64,000 nucleotides of DNA from Mobula hypostoma (taxonomy: Eukaryota), in the NCBI RefSeq assembly GCF_963921235.1, contig NC_086097.1, forward strand, positions 228,472,001 to 228,536,000, read 5' to 3'. The notes below the pieces were generated by a model. The model made no database searches and had not been told where the DNA came from. It was given only the letters and a program-made list of their open reading frames with translations. A program made the translations under genes and the position numbers. Positions 24,085 through 37,059 of the stretch are shown here, in pieces; the first letter of the stretch is position 1, and the number at the start of each line of letters is the position of its first letter.

Positions 24085-24800
24085 GACAGAGCACTACAGC
24101 ACAGAAGCAGGCCCTTCTGTCCATCTACTATTCTGCCTAATCCCACCGACCTGCACCTACATTGTGGCCCTCTGTACCCCTCCCATCCATGCACTTATCC
24201 AAACTTCGAGTGTTGCAATCAAACCTGCATCTACCACTTCCATTGACAGCTTGTTCCACCCTTCCACTGTCCTCTGAGAGAAGTTTCCCCCCAATTTCTC
24301 ATTAAATATTTCATCCTTCAGCATTAACCTATGGCCTCTTGTTCTATTCTCAGTGGGAAAAGCCTGCTTGCATTTTTACCCCTCATAATTTTGCATACCT
24401 CTGTCAAATCTCCCCTCATTCTCCTGTGCTTCAGGAAATAAAATCATAACTTATTCAACCTTTCCTTATAACTCAGGGTCTCAAGCCCCAGCACCATCCT
24501 TGTAATTCTTTTCTGTACTTTTTCAATTTTATTGGTTTCTTTCTTGCAGGTAGATGACTACAGTTGCACACAATACTCCAAACTGAGCTTCATCAACTTC
24601 CTAGACAATCTTTCTACCAATGACGCCACCTTCAAGGAATTATGGATCTGTATTCTAAGATCACTCAGCTGTACCTTACTACTCAGTGCTCTACTGTTCA
24701 CAGTGTAAGTCCGACTCGGTTTGTCCTCTCAAAGTGCAACACCTCACAATTGTCTGCATTAAGTTCCACATGCCATTTTGCAGCCCATTTTCTCAGCTGC
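24085..24800 (-). mobile_element. Degraded CR1 fragment
   Basis: CR1 3' motifs (CACAATACTCCAA, CAGCACAGAAGCAGGCCCTT). Confidence 0.8.
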
Positions 24801-26649
24801 ATTAGTAACAGTTCACAAAGACAGAGTGACAGTGATTGGAATTAAATTATAGCTTTCCTCATATTTAGTAGAACCTCATGTTTAGGAAAATCAATTTTCA
24901 AAAGGATGGATCGTCACTGCTAGGCTTAGGAGTTGGAAATAGTCCTCATTATTCAAGAGGAAAAGAAGCCATTAACCATATGGGAAGTGCTAGGAGAGGT
25001 AGCTGAATGATCTGCATTTATGTAGAGGTAGATTGGAAAAAAAAGTGGAGTAATTTACCTTTCTTCATAAATACTGGCAGACTTGGCGTTATTTACCGAT
25101 GTTCCTTTTTTTCATTTCTGTGTGAAACAGGAGTGCATCACAAATTGATACATAATGATCCTGTTTCAGATGAACCATGATAATACCCTGTCTGCCTCAT
25201 GAGGATTAGCTGCCTGTTTTGAATTAATTTTAATTTGCCATTGTCATCAAATATTTATCCTGATAACACTTATTAATGTCACTCAAAAAATATTTGCTAT
25301 AATATTTTTAAAAAACCTGGATGGTAGAAGTCCCAAGCACATTGATTAGGATTAACAGAATAATGTTAAGAACAAGGGGGAAACCATGTGTGCCGACATT
25401 TCAGCTGCGCAGACTGGTCAGGACAGCTGTGGTGCTTAATTTATGAGGATCACATGATACATAAATGTATTGATTGCGGCAGAACATAGCTGACTGCAGC
25501 CAGAGACACTGGCTGTGTAAGAAAGCCTACAGTGGTAGCAGACTCGAGAGTAAAATGCAGAATTGAAAAGAAATTGGGACCATAAATCTGAAAGGATTAG
25601 CTCCGTATAGACTGAGAGGAGGAAGGGACGGAGGCAGTCTCTCCCTCGAGTTGGCTGAACACAATCAGAAAGATTGCACGCCCCATGTATTACAGTTTGT
25701 GCAGCCTTCTGTCCCCATGTAAATTTTCCCTCCTGCCACTGACCCTTTGAAGTGTGTCATGGGAGCCATGATGTTAATATGGAAACAATTAGAGTAGAAC
25801 AGCAGTGACATCCACTATTCTTCCCAGAAGCGTAATTATTCAAATGAGAACATCACCTGTCAATATTAAGCCTGGTTCAGACAGCTACAATGCACCATTC
25901 AGACATAATAGAACATTATCCCTGCAAATTAAATGAAGTATGATGGAGGGAAAGCAAGAATTCAAAAGAGAAATGAGTGATAGATAATCTTCAGCATGTA
26001 ACATTCAGAGTACAAGCATTGGCACCTTAACCATCTTAGCCACATTTTATCTTACAAACAAGTTAATAAATTCAAGCAGATGTCAGATCTAAAGTGTCAC
26101 ATAGTTAGTAATAACTACAGTAATTGTTAAACAAATGAACATTTGTGTTTAGAAATGCCATAATCTTGAGAGCCCGTGTCAATATGAGGTTGACAAATAG
26201 GCCATATAACATATGCTCAAGGTCGCTTCTTGAATTCGGAAAGCCTGCTGGTCTGGAGAATGGGGAATGTAAAAGCAGGATGTAAAAGTAAAGCTTTGGA
26301 TAAAGTTTTACCTTCAACAAGAGAGGGGAACAAAGAAAAGCCAGTACCAATGTTCTCCGTATATCTACACACTCTATATTTAGTTAAAATTTCGAGACCA
26401 CCTAACAAAGGGCTGATACAGGACACATTGGTTTGTTGTCCTTCCTTGTCTTGGTTTAGAAATCCTGGCTGCATGGCTTTCCCTCTGGCTGGTATAAGGA
26501 AATCAGTGTATATTGTGGGGTGGTAAGTCTTGGGGGCAGGGTATCAGAAAGAAGTCACAAGTGAATAGGAATGAAGAGCTTGTGCGCACAATGTTCACCA
26601 TACAATTGTCCTGTGCTGCAACCAGCAATCAAGCTGGGAATGCAAAGTT

Positions 26650-27812
26650 AATTTTATTTCTTTATTTGGAATTATAGCCCAGTAACAGGCCCTTCCACCC
26701 GACGAGACCACTTTGCTCAACCGTACCCACTTGACCAATTAACCTACTAACTCATAAGACCAGAAGACATAAGAGCAGAATTAGGCCATCCGGTCCATCG
26801 AGTCTGCTCCACCATTCCATCATAACTGATCCTTATTTTTCTCTCCTCCTCAACCCCAGTTCCCGGACTTCTCCCCGTAACCTTTGATGCCATGTCCAAT
26901 CAAGAACCTATCAATCTCTGCCTTAAATACACCCAATGACCTGGCCTCCACAGCTACATGTGGCAACAACTTCCACAAATTCACCACCCTTTGGCTAAAG
27001 AAATTTCTCCGCATCTGTTTGAAAAGGGTGCCTTTCTATCCTGAGGCTGTGCGCTCTTGTCCTAGGCTCTTCCACCATGGGAAACATCCTTTCCACATCT
27101 ACTCTGTCTAGGCCTTTCAACATTCAACATGTTTTAATGAGATCCCCCTTCACCCTTCTGAATTCCAGTGAGTACAGATCCAGAGCCATCAAACGTTCCT
27201 CGTGTGATAACCTTTTCATTCCTGAAATCATCCTTGTGAACCTCCTGCGGACCCTCTCCAATGCCAGCACATCTTTTCTAAGATGAGGGGCCAAAAACTG
27301 TTCACAATACCCAAGGTGAGGCCTCACCAGTGCCTTATAAAGGCTCAGCATCACATCCTTGTTCTTGTATTCTAGACCTCTTGAAATGAATGCTAACATG
27401 GCATTTGCCTTCCTCACCACCAACTCCACCTGCAAGTTAACCTTCAGGGTGTTCTGCACAAGGACTCCCAAGTCCCTTTGCTTCTCAGGTTTTTGGATTT
27501 GCTCCCTGCTTAGAAAATAATCCGCCCATTTATTTCTACTATCAAAGTGCATGACAATGTATTTTCCACATTGTACTTCATTTGCCACTCTCTTGCCCAT
27601 TCTCCTAATCTGTATAAGTCCTTCTGCATCCTACCTGTTTCCTCAACACTACCTGCCCCTATATCTTTGGAGTGTGGGAGGAAGCTGGAGCACATAAACA
27701 AAACCCGCACAGTCGCAGGAAGAACATACAAACTCTTCACAGGCAAGAGCAGGAATTGAATCTGGCTCACTGGCACCGTAATAGTGCTACGCTCTGCACT
27801 ACACTACCACGC
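26650..27812 (-). mobile_element. V-SINE split by a CR1 (26650-26752 + 27660-27812)
   Basis: AATTAACCTACTAAC joins TCTTTGGAGTGTGGGAGGAAGCTGGAGCAC across the CR1. Confidence 0.7.
26753..27659 (-). mobile_element. CR1 3' fragment
   Basis: ORF 27124-27600 RPHLGYCEQF; TCTTATG-type tail. Confidence 0.9.
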
Positions 27813-28069
27813 GGCACCCACATCCAAATACGGATACCCTGCTTGGGGGGGTCAAATGTAAGGCTCTTTGGAACAGTTCATGGATGGAGAATGCTGATGT
27901 TGGCACAATGATGTCCTCGCAACAACTTGGATCTTGCCTGTGTATTTACACTAGGTAGCTGTGCATGGGTCCTCAGTTGTATTCATGAGTCATATCCTGA
28001 TGCCCAATACTGGTTAGAAGAAAGATAACACAGAAGACTATCAGAAAATGAAGAAAATCATAACAATTG

Positions 28070-28642
28070 GGACCACAAGACATAGGAGCAGAATTAAGCT
28101 GTTCAGCCCATTGAACCTTCTCCACCATGGCTGATCTACAATACACCAATCTCCTGCCTTCTCACTGTAACCCCTACCAATCCAGAACCTATCAACCTCC
28201 ACTTTTAATATACCCAGTGACGTGGCCTCCACAGCCACCTGTGGCAATGAATTTCACTGATTCGCCACCCTCTGGCTGAAGAAATTCTCTGTTCTCCTCA
28301 TCTCTGTTCTGAAGGAACGTACTTCTATTCTGAGGCCTTACCTTCTGGTCCTAGACTCCCCCACTATTGGAAATATCCTCTCCACACCCACTCGTTCGGC
28401 CTTTCAATATTCGACAGGTTTCAATGAGATCCCCCCACCCCCCCGCCCGATCTCATCCTTCGAAACTCCAGTGAATACAGGCCCAAAGCCATCAAATGCT
28501 CCTCATACGTGAACTGTTTCATTCCCGGGATCATTCTCGTGAACCTCCTCTGGACCCTCTGCAATGTCAGTACATCCATTCTTCAATAAGGGGCCCTAAG
28601 TGCCTTATAATACTTCAAGTGCAGTCTGACCAATGTCTTTAC
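28070..28642 (-). mobile_element. Degraded CR1 3' fragment
   Basis: Homologous to 26753-27350. Confidence 0.85.
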
Positions 28643-29600
28643 AACTGCTGGAGGAACTCAGCAGTCCGGGCACCATCTATGAAAAAGAGTACAGTCAAAA
28701 TTTTGGGCCAAGATCCTTCGGCAGGACTGGAGAGTAAAAGCTGAGGAGTAGGTTTAAAAGGTGGAGGGAGGGGAGAGAGAAACACAAGGCGATAGGTGAA
28801 ACCTGAAGAGGGAGGGATGAAGTAAAGAGCTGGGAAGTTGGGCGGTGAAAAAGATACGGGGCTTCAGAAGGGGGAGTCTGATAGGAGAGGACAGAAGGCC
28901 ATGGAAGAAAGAAAAGGGGGAGAAGCACCAGAGCACGGCAATGGGCAGGCAAGGAGATAAGGTGAGAGAGGGAAAAGGGGATGGGGAATGGTGAAGAAGC
29001 TGGGCCATTACCAGAAGTTCGAGAAATCGATGTTCATGCCATCAGGCTGGAGGCTACCCAGATGGAATATAAAGTGTTGTTCCTCCAACCTAAGTGTGGC
29101 CTCATCACGACAGTGGAGGAGGCCATGAACAGATATATTAGAATGGGAATGCGAAGTGGAATTAAAATAGGTGGCCACTGGGAGATCCTGCTTTTTCTGA
29201 TGGATAGAACATAGGTGCCAGCGAAGGTCTCCCTGTCTATATCAGGTATCACCGATATACAGGAAGCCACACTGGGAGCACCGAACACAGTATATGACTC
29301 TAACAGACTCACAGGTGAAGTGTCGCCTCACCTGGACGGACTATTTGGGGCCCTGAATTGTAGTGAAGGAGGAGGTATAGAGGCAGGTGTAGCACTTGTT
29401 CTGCTTGCAAGGATAAGAGCCAGGAGGGAGATCAATTGGAAGGGACAAATGGACAAGAGAGTCACATAGGGAGCAATCCCTGCAGAAAACAGAAAGTGGG
29501 GTGGAGGGAAAAATGTGTTTAGTGGTTGTATCTCGTCGGAGATGGCGGAAGTTGCAGAGAATTATGTGCTGGATGTGGAGGCTGATGAGGTGGTAGGTGA

Positions 29601-30235
29601 GTCATAGTCATAGTCATACTTTATTGATCCTGGGGGAAATTGGTTTTCATTACAGTTGCACCATAAATAATAAATAGTAATAAAACCATAAATAGTTAAA
29701 TAGTAATACGTAAATTATGCCAGGAAATAAGTCCAGGACCAGCCTATTGGCTCAGGGTGTCTGACCCTCCAAGGGAGGAGTTGTAAAGTTTGATGGCCAC
29801 AGGCAGTAATGACTTCCTATGACGCTCTGTGCTGCATCTCGGTGGAATGAGTCTCTGGCTGAATGTACTCCTGTGCCCAACCAGTACATTATGTAGTGGA
29901 TGGGAGGCATTGTCCAAGATGGCATGCAACTTGGACAGCATCCTCTTTTCAGACACCACCATCAGAGAGTCCAGTTCCATCCCCACAACATCACTGGCCT
30001 TATGAATGAGTTAGTTGATTCTGTTGGTGTCTGCTACCCTCAGCCTGCTGCCCCAGCACACAACAGCAAACATGATCGCACTGGCCACCACAGACTCGTA
30101 GAACATCCTCAGCATCGTCCGGCAGATGTTAAAGGACCTCAGTCTCCTCAGGAAATAGAGATGGCTCTGACCCTTCTTGTAGGCAGCCTAAGTGTTCTTT
30201 GAGCAGTCTAGTTTATTGTCAATTCGTATCCCCTG
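29601..30235 (-). mobile_element. Rex1/Babar-like 3' fragment nested in the PLE
   Basis: ORF 29744-29986 ILDNASHPLH...LLPVAIKLYN; AATAAAG-(TATGAC)n tail. Confidence 0.9.
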
Positions 30236-30753
30236 GTCAAGAGGAACCCTACCCCTGGTAGGGTAGCGGGAGGATGGGGTGAGAGCAGAGGTGTGTGACA
30301 TGGAAGTTGAGGGCAGCGTTGATGGTGGAGGAAGGGAAGCCCCTTTCTTTGAAGAAGGAGAACATCTGCATTCTGGAATGAAAAGCCTGAGAGCAAATGC
30401 TGCGGAGATGGAGGAACTGAGAGAACGGGATTGAGATTTTACAAGTAACAGGGTGGGAGGAGTCCGGGTAGCTGTGAAAGTCCGTGGGTTTGTAATAGGC
30501 ATCAGTAGATAACTGTTTCCAGAGACAGAGACAGAGAGATTGAGAAAGGGGAGGAAGGTGTGGGAAATGGATCAGGTGAATTTGAGGGCAGGGTGGAAGT
30601 TGGAGGCAAAGTGGATGAAGTCGATGAGTTCAGCATGGGTGCAGGAAGCAGCACCAATGCAGTCATCGATGTAGCAAAGGAAAAATGTGGGATGGTCACC
30701 TGTGTAGGCTTGGAACATAGATTGTTCCACGTAGCCAATAAACGGGCAGGTAT

Positions 30754-32039
30754 ATAGAAACATAGAAACATAGAAAATAGGTGCAGGAGTAGGCCATTCG
30801 GCCCTTCGAGCCTGCACCGCCATTTATTATGATCATGGCTGATCATCCAACTCAGAACCCAGCCTTCCCTCCATACCCCCTGACCCCTGTAGCCACAAGG
30901 GCCATATCTAACTTCCTTTTAAACATAGCTAATGAACTGGCCTCAACAGTTTGCTGTGGCAGAGAATTCCACAGATTCACCACTCTCTGTGTGAAGAAGT
31001 TTTTCCTAACCTCGGTCCTAAAAGGCTTCCCCTCTATCCTCAAACTGTGACCCCTCGTTCTAGACCTCCCCAACATCGGGAACAATCTTCCTGCATCTAG
31101 CCTGTCCAATCCCTTTAGGATCTTATACGTTTCAATCAGATCCCCCCTCAATCTTCTAAATTCCAACGAGTACAAGCCCAGTTCATCCAGTCTTTCTTCA
31201 TATGAAAGACCTGCCATCCCAGGAATCAATCTGGTGAACCTTCTTTGTACTCCCTCTATGGCAAAGATGTCTTTCCTCAGATTAGGGGACCAAAACTGCA
31301 CACAATACTCCAGGTGTGGTCTCACCAAGGCCTTGTACAACTGCAGTAGTACCTCCCTGCTCCTGTACTCGAATCCTCTCGCTATAAATGCCAGCATACC
31401 GTTCGCCTTTTTCACCGCCTGCTGTACCTGCATGCCCACTTTCAATGACTGGTGTATAATGACACCCAGGTCTCGTTGCACCTCCCCTTTTCCTAATCGG
31501 CCACCATTCAGATAATAATCTGTTTTCCTATTTTTGCCACCAAAGTGGATAACTTCACATTTATCCACATTAAATTGCATCTGCCATGAGTTTGCCCACT
31601 CACCCAACCTATCCAAGTCACCCTGCATCCTCTTAGCATCCTCCTCACTGCTAACACTGCCACCCAGCTTCGTGTCATCCGCAAACTTGGAGATGCTGCA
31701 TTTAATTCCCTCATCCAAGTCATTAATATATATTGTAAACAACTGGGGTCCCAGCACTGAGCCTTGCGGTACCCCACTAGTCACCGCCTGCCATTCTGAA
31801 AAGGTCCCGTTTATTCCCACTCTTTGCTTCCTGTCTGCTAACCAATTCTCCACCCACACCAATACCTTACCCCCAATACCGTGTGCTTTAAGTTTGCACA
31901 CTAATCTCCTATGTGGGACCTTGTCAAAAGCCTTTTGAAAATCCAAATATACCACATCCACTGGTTCTCCCCTAACATCCACTGGTTCTCCCCTAACATC
32001 CACTGGTTCTCCCCTAACATCCACTGGTTCTCCCCTATC
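30754..32039 (-). mobile_element. Young CR1 (sibling of 2969-5971), 5'-truncated, nested in the PLE
   Basis: ORF 30852-32024 matches the C-terminal part of the 970-aa ORF apart from one E>K; same tail. Confidence 0.95.
31954..32037. repeat. Perfect 21-bp x4 tandem repeat at the CR1 5' junction
   Basis: ACATCCACTGGTTCTCCCCTA x4; single copy in the sibling near 4744-4764. Confidence 0.95.
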
Positions 32040-32504
32040 TGGGACCCATGCGAGTGCCCATGGCTACATCTTTTTGTTGGAAGGAAGCCAAAGGAGAAAT
32101 TAATGATAACGAGGACAAGTTCCACTAGAGGGAGGAAAGTGATGGTGGAGGGAAACTGGTTGGGTCTGGTGTCCGGTAAAAATGGAGTGCTTTGAGGCCT
32201 TCCTGGTGGGGAATGGAGGTATATAGGGACTAGACATCCACAGTAAAAATACAGGGAACCTGAAACCTTTGAAAAGATCCAGAGCGTGTGAAGTGTCAGG
32301 GATGTAGGTAAGAAGGGACTGAACTGGGGGGGGGGATAAAACAGAATCGAGGTATGCGGATATGAGTAAGGTCTTATACAGTAAAGCCTCAGTTGAGGTT
32401 GTGAGCACAGACTTGCAGACTAGCTGCTTAATGAAACCTACTTTTTATTCATGAAGATGGTAGACAGAGGGATGACACTGTTTAGCATATGTGCATCTAT
32501 GCAT

Positions 32505-32893
32505 TTCATCTGCAGAGTGGTGGGGTGGAGACACGTCTCTATCAAAGGAGGTGTAAGTCGCTCCTTCCCTACCCTAGCCTGCAGGTCACCCTTGAGCAAG
32601 GTGTAGCACCTGCTTAGCACCCCCCTCCCTGATCAGGGTCATGTGAAACCATGGGAGCAGGTGATGGATGGTCATATGAGCAGCTGGTACATATCACAAG
32701 ATCTGGTTACGCGACCACTGATGCCAGGCAGACAGTCTCTGAAGAGTATTGATAATGGCTGGGGTCTTCCGTCTTGTAAATACTCTGTCCAGAAGAAGGC
32801 AATGGCAAACCACATTTTTCTGTAGAAAAACTTGCCAAGAACAATCAAAAGAACATGATGGGCCATGTCATAGAACACAGCACATGATGATGA
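32505..32893 (+). mobile_element. Probable RTE-related non-autonomous element/SINE
   Basis: GAAGAAGGCAATGGCAAACCAC...CTTGCCAAGAA resembles the motif in BovB/RTE-partnered SINEs; (TGA)n tail. Confidence 0.5.
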
Positions 32894-33759
32894 GAGCTGA
32901 TGAAATCAAAGTGTTTTAATTGACGATTTAAACAACGTAGCTTCTAAATTTAAAATACAGTGCTTGCAGGAAACAGTAATTTGTTTATATACTCATGATA
33001 CTTAATGTCATCAATCATTCCAGAAATGTACTGCATAATCTAAATTATATTGTCTCAGAAATGCATTATTCATTAATATCTGTATGCATTATCTTTACAC
33101 TGGTTCTTCAGTATTGTGTGATACTAATTGCTACTAATAGCACAATGGGCGAGGAAATGCCGGAATAAAAGAATGAGGAATTCATGGTGTCTGCTACTAT
33201 TATTATTTCATAAAATAATACAGCCGCCTGCAGTGCTGTGAAATGCAATTCACCACAACTTGCTGAATGATTTGCTTCATGCTGCCATTGGCTTTGCCAA
33301 AGCAAAACTAAAATTGTTGCAGCTTCATCCTGAGCTTCATTCAAATGATGTCCTGAAATTCCTGGATTTATATCAAGAGAGGGGATTAACTAACTAGGAC
33401 TTCTAACTTCCTCAGCCTCAAAGTGATGCTGAAATTCACCTCACACTGTGAGGTGAAGTGTGCTAGCTTTTAGGAAGTATTGATTCGGTATGAGCATTTT
33501 CTGCTTTATTCCATGATGTGAACATCCTGCAGGCATGTTTGTAGTAATGGAATCTCTTGCCCAGTGGAGAATAGCTAGCACCTACCTGTCCACATATACT
33601 TCACCCGGGGCACTGCTGGAGGGAAACATTACATCAAAGTATCGGGAAAGAGCCTCATACTGTATATTTTACTCCTATTTTAAAACAATCTGATCAGCTC
33701 AACTCTCTAATTCCAGTCCTCGTCTTATTCTGCTGTGACACCTTTTACCTTATAGGTAT

Positions 33760-34158
33760 CATTTTGACAGTAATGGTTTATCATATACCTGTGGAAAAGT
33801 TGATCTACATAAAGCCATCTCAGCCCACTGCAATTCACCAAGTCTACAATAGATGTCATCTCCCAGGCCCTACGGCCATCTCTGGACTGAAACGATAGCA
33901 CATTAGACTATTGTTTATTTACTAGCTCCACCTCCAGTACTATAATTCCAAGCAAATTTTTCTCCAAACTTCTGAACTTGCAACTTAACACCTCCCTTTG
34001 TAACTGGATCTTTGACTTCCTCACCAACATATTACAATCAGTACAGCAACACCTCCACCGTGATTATCTTCAACAGTGGTGCCCCACAAGGCCCCTTATC
34101 TATTCCCTTTACACTCTGTGGCATGGCCAGTTTCTGTTATAACTCAATCCGTAAGTTT
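33760..34158 (+). mobile_element. Degraded Rex1-like RT fragment
   Basis: TGTAACTGGATCTTTGACTTCCTC (CNWIFDFL) and GGTGCCCCACAAGG (GAPQG). Confidence 0.7.
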
Positions 34159-34159
34159 C

Positions 34160-34510
34160 ATAGTTCAAAGTAAGTTTATTATCAAAGCACATACATGCAC
34201 CCTGAGATTCATTTTTCATGTGGGCCATCACAAGGAACACAGTAGAATCAATGAAACCCCCTACCTAACAGGACGGACAACAACCAATGGGCAAAAAAAA
34301 AACAACAAACTGTAAATACAAAAACAAAGAGAAGACATAATAATAATAATAAATAAATAAGCAACAGGTATCAAGAACGTAAGATGAAGAATCCTTGAAA
34401 GTGAGTCTATAGTTTGAGGGAACACTTCAATGACGGATCAAGTGAGGTTATCCCCTCTAGTTCAATAGCATGATGGTTGGGGGGTAATAACTGTTGCTGA
34501 CCCTGGGCCT
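34160..34510 (-). mobile_element. Rex1-like LINE 3'UTR
   Basis: GTTCAAAGTAAGTTTATTATC tail signature. Confidence 0.55.
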
Positions 34511-36480
34511 TCTGCAGCCTACCATTTTCCTCAACACTACTTGCCCCTCTACCAATCTTCGTAACATCTGCAAAGTTGGTAACAAAACCATCTATACAGC
34601 ATAAAAAGAAGTGGTCCCAACACCGACTCCTGCGGAACACCACTAGTCACTGGCAGCCAACCAGACAAGGATCCTTTTATTCCCACTCACTGCCTCCTAC
34701 CAATCAGCCAATGCTCTAACCATCTTAGTCACTTTCCGGTAATACCACAGGCTCTTAACTTGGTAAGGAGCCTCATGTGTGGCACATTGGCAAAGGCCTT
34801 CTGAAGGTCCAGATATACAACAACCACTGCATCCCCTTTATCTATCCCACTTGTAATCTCCTCAAAGCCAACAGGTTCGTCAGGCAGGATTTTCCCTTAA
34901 GGAAACCATGCTGACTTTGTCCTATCTTGTCCTGTGTCACCAAGTACTCCATCACCTCAACCTTAACAGTTGACTAACATCTTCCCAACCACTGAGGTCA
35001 GGTTAATTGGTCTATCATTTATTCTCTGATGCCTTCCTCCTTTCTTAAATTGTGGAGTGACATTTGCGATTTTCCAGTCCTCTGGCAACATGCCAGAGTC
35101 CAATGATTTTTGAAAGATCATTACTAATGCCTCCGCAATCTCCATCAATACCTCTTTCAGAACCTTAGGGTGCAGTTCATCTCGTCCGGGTGACTTATGT
35201 ACTTTTAGGTCTTTCAGCTTTTTTGAGCACCTTCTCTCTTCAGAATCAAAATCAGGTTTATTATCACCAGCATGTGACATGAAATTTGTTAACTTAGCAG
35301 CAGCAGTTCAATGCAATACATAATTTAATAGAGAGAGAAAAAATAATAAATAAAATAAAACATAACAATAAATAAACAAGTAAATCAATTGCATATATTG
35401 AAAAGATTTTTTAAAATGTGCAAAAACAGGAAGACTGTATATTTTAAAAAAGTGAGGTAGAGTCCTAAACTTCAATATCCATTTAGGAATCGGATGGCAG
35501 AGGGGAAGAAGCTGTTCCTAAATCGTTGAGTGTGTGTCTTCAGGCTTCTGTATCTCCTACCTGATGGTAACAGTGAGAAAAGGGCATGCCCTGGGTGCTG
35601 GAGGTCCTTAATAATGGACGCTGCCTTTCCCTTTCTGAGACACCGCTCCCTGAAGGTGTCCTGGGTACTTTGTAGGCTAGTACCCAAGATGGAGCTGACT
35701 AGATTTATGACCTTCTGCAGCTTCTTTCAGTCCTGTGCAGTAGCCCCTCCATACCAGACAGTGATGCAGCCTGTCAGAATGCTCTCCACAGTACAACTAT
35801 AGAAGTTTTTGAGTGTATTTGTTGATATGCCAAATCTCTTCAAACTCCTAATAAAGTATAGCCGTTGTCTTGCCCTCTTTATAACTATATCGATATGTTG
35901 GGACCAGGTTAGATCCCCAGAAATCTTAATACCGAGGAACTTGAAGTTGCTCACTCTCTCCACTTCTGATCCCTCTATGAGGATTGGTATGTGCTCCTTC
36001 ATCTTATCTTCCTGAAGTCCACAATCAGCTCTTTCGTCTTACTGACGTTGAGTGCCAGATTGTTGTTGTGGCACCATTCAACTAGTTGGCATAACTACCT
36101 CCTGTATGCCCTCTCGTCACCACCTGAGATTCTACCAACAATGGTTGTACCGTCAGCAAATTTATAGATGGTATTTGAGCTATGCCTAGCCACACAGTCA
36201 TGTGTATATAGAGAGTAGAGCAGTGGGCTAAGCACAGACCCCTGAGGTGTGCCAGTGTTGATCGTCAGCGAGGGGGATATGTTATCACCAATCCGCACAG
36301 ACTGTGATCTTCCGCTTAGGAAGTCGGGGATCCAATTGCAGAGAGAGGTACAGAAGCCCAGGTTCTGCAACTTCTTGTAATAGTAACTGCACCCACTTCT
36401 CTTCCTTCACACACTACAACATCAGGCGCACTGCTAGTGTCTTCCACAGTGAAGACTGATGCAAGACACTCATTTAGTCA
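34510..36480 (-). mobile_element. Degraded CR1 RT region (34510-35240 + 36373-36480) split by a Rex1-like element
   Basis: ORF 34963-35280 KSPGRDELHPKVLKE...EDWKIANVTP. Confidence 0.85.
35240..36372 (-). mobile_element. Rex1/Babar-like LINE 3' portion
   Basis: ORFs 36095-36370 ([13 protein letters not shown]), 35727-36002 and 35472-35687 (HPGHALFSLLPSGRRY); (ATTCTG)-type tail. Confidence 0.9.
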
Positions 36481-37059
36481 TCCAACTGACTAACATGTAA
36501 ACGTCACATTTTTTGAACAATGATTCTCTTAAAAAGGGTTGGAAAAAGTAGTCAATACCAAATTAATTTTCATTTGTATTTCCACCTGTGATCGAAAGTC
36601 AAAGCAAATTTTAAATCAAAGTATGTCTACTGTATGTCACCATATACTACCTCAGGTTTATTTTTTCTTGAGGGCATTTACAGGAAAATAAAGAAGTACA
36701 ATAACATTTATGAAAATCTGTATACAAGTAACAACTGAAAAACAACCAAAGTGCAAAAGGAGGCAAAAGAAGGATGCATCCCATAAAAAAGTCATGTATA
36801 CTAGCCACTTGACATCCTAGTTTCTCTTGTATTTCCCCTACTTTTAGCATATCCAGCACTTTGCTCACCTTTACCTAAACCTTCCTCTGTAAAGATGATA
36901 ACATTGCTACTTCGATCACTTACCTTCTGGTTTCATCAACAGATCACCAGTTTGGTTTCCAATCTATTCATTTGACAATTATTTTATTATTGTAGATGAC
37001 ATTTAGATTTGTTTTTGTCTTCGCCAATCATTCTGCCTATCTTTAATTTTAGTTATTCA

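Larger units (their letters stand above)
28645..32370 (-). mobile_element. Penelope-like element (RT + GIY-YIG, degraded), interrupted by Rex1 and CR1
   Basis: RT motifs AMGTRMGP (32041-32067) and GYVEQS...YIDDCIG (ORF 30572-30823); GIY-YIG region ~29000-29410; hammerhead-type terminus 28645-28740. Confidence 0.88.

Noticed and set aside
26105..26526. Overlapping 81-98 aa ORFs in unique DNA
   Set aside because: No domain motifs, mostly non-ATG starts, lengths expected by chance
31954..32037. 21-bp repeats as a CRISPR-like array
   Set aside because: No spacers, eukaryotic context, and the unit derives from CR1 RT sequence
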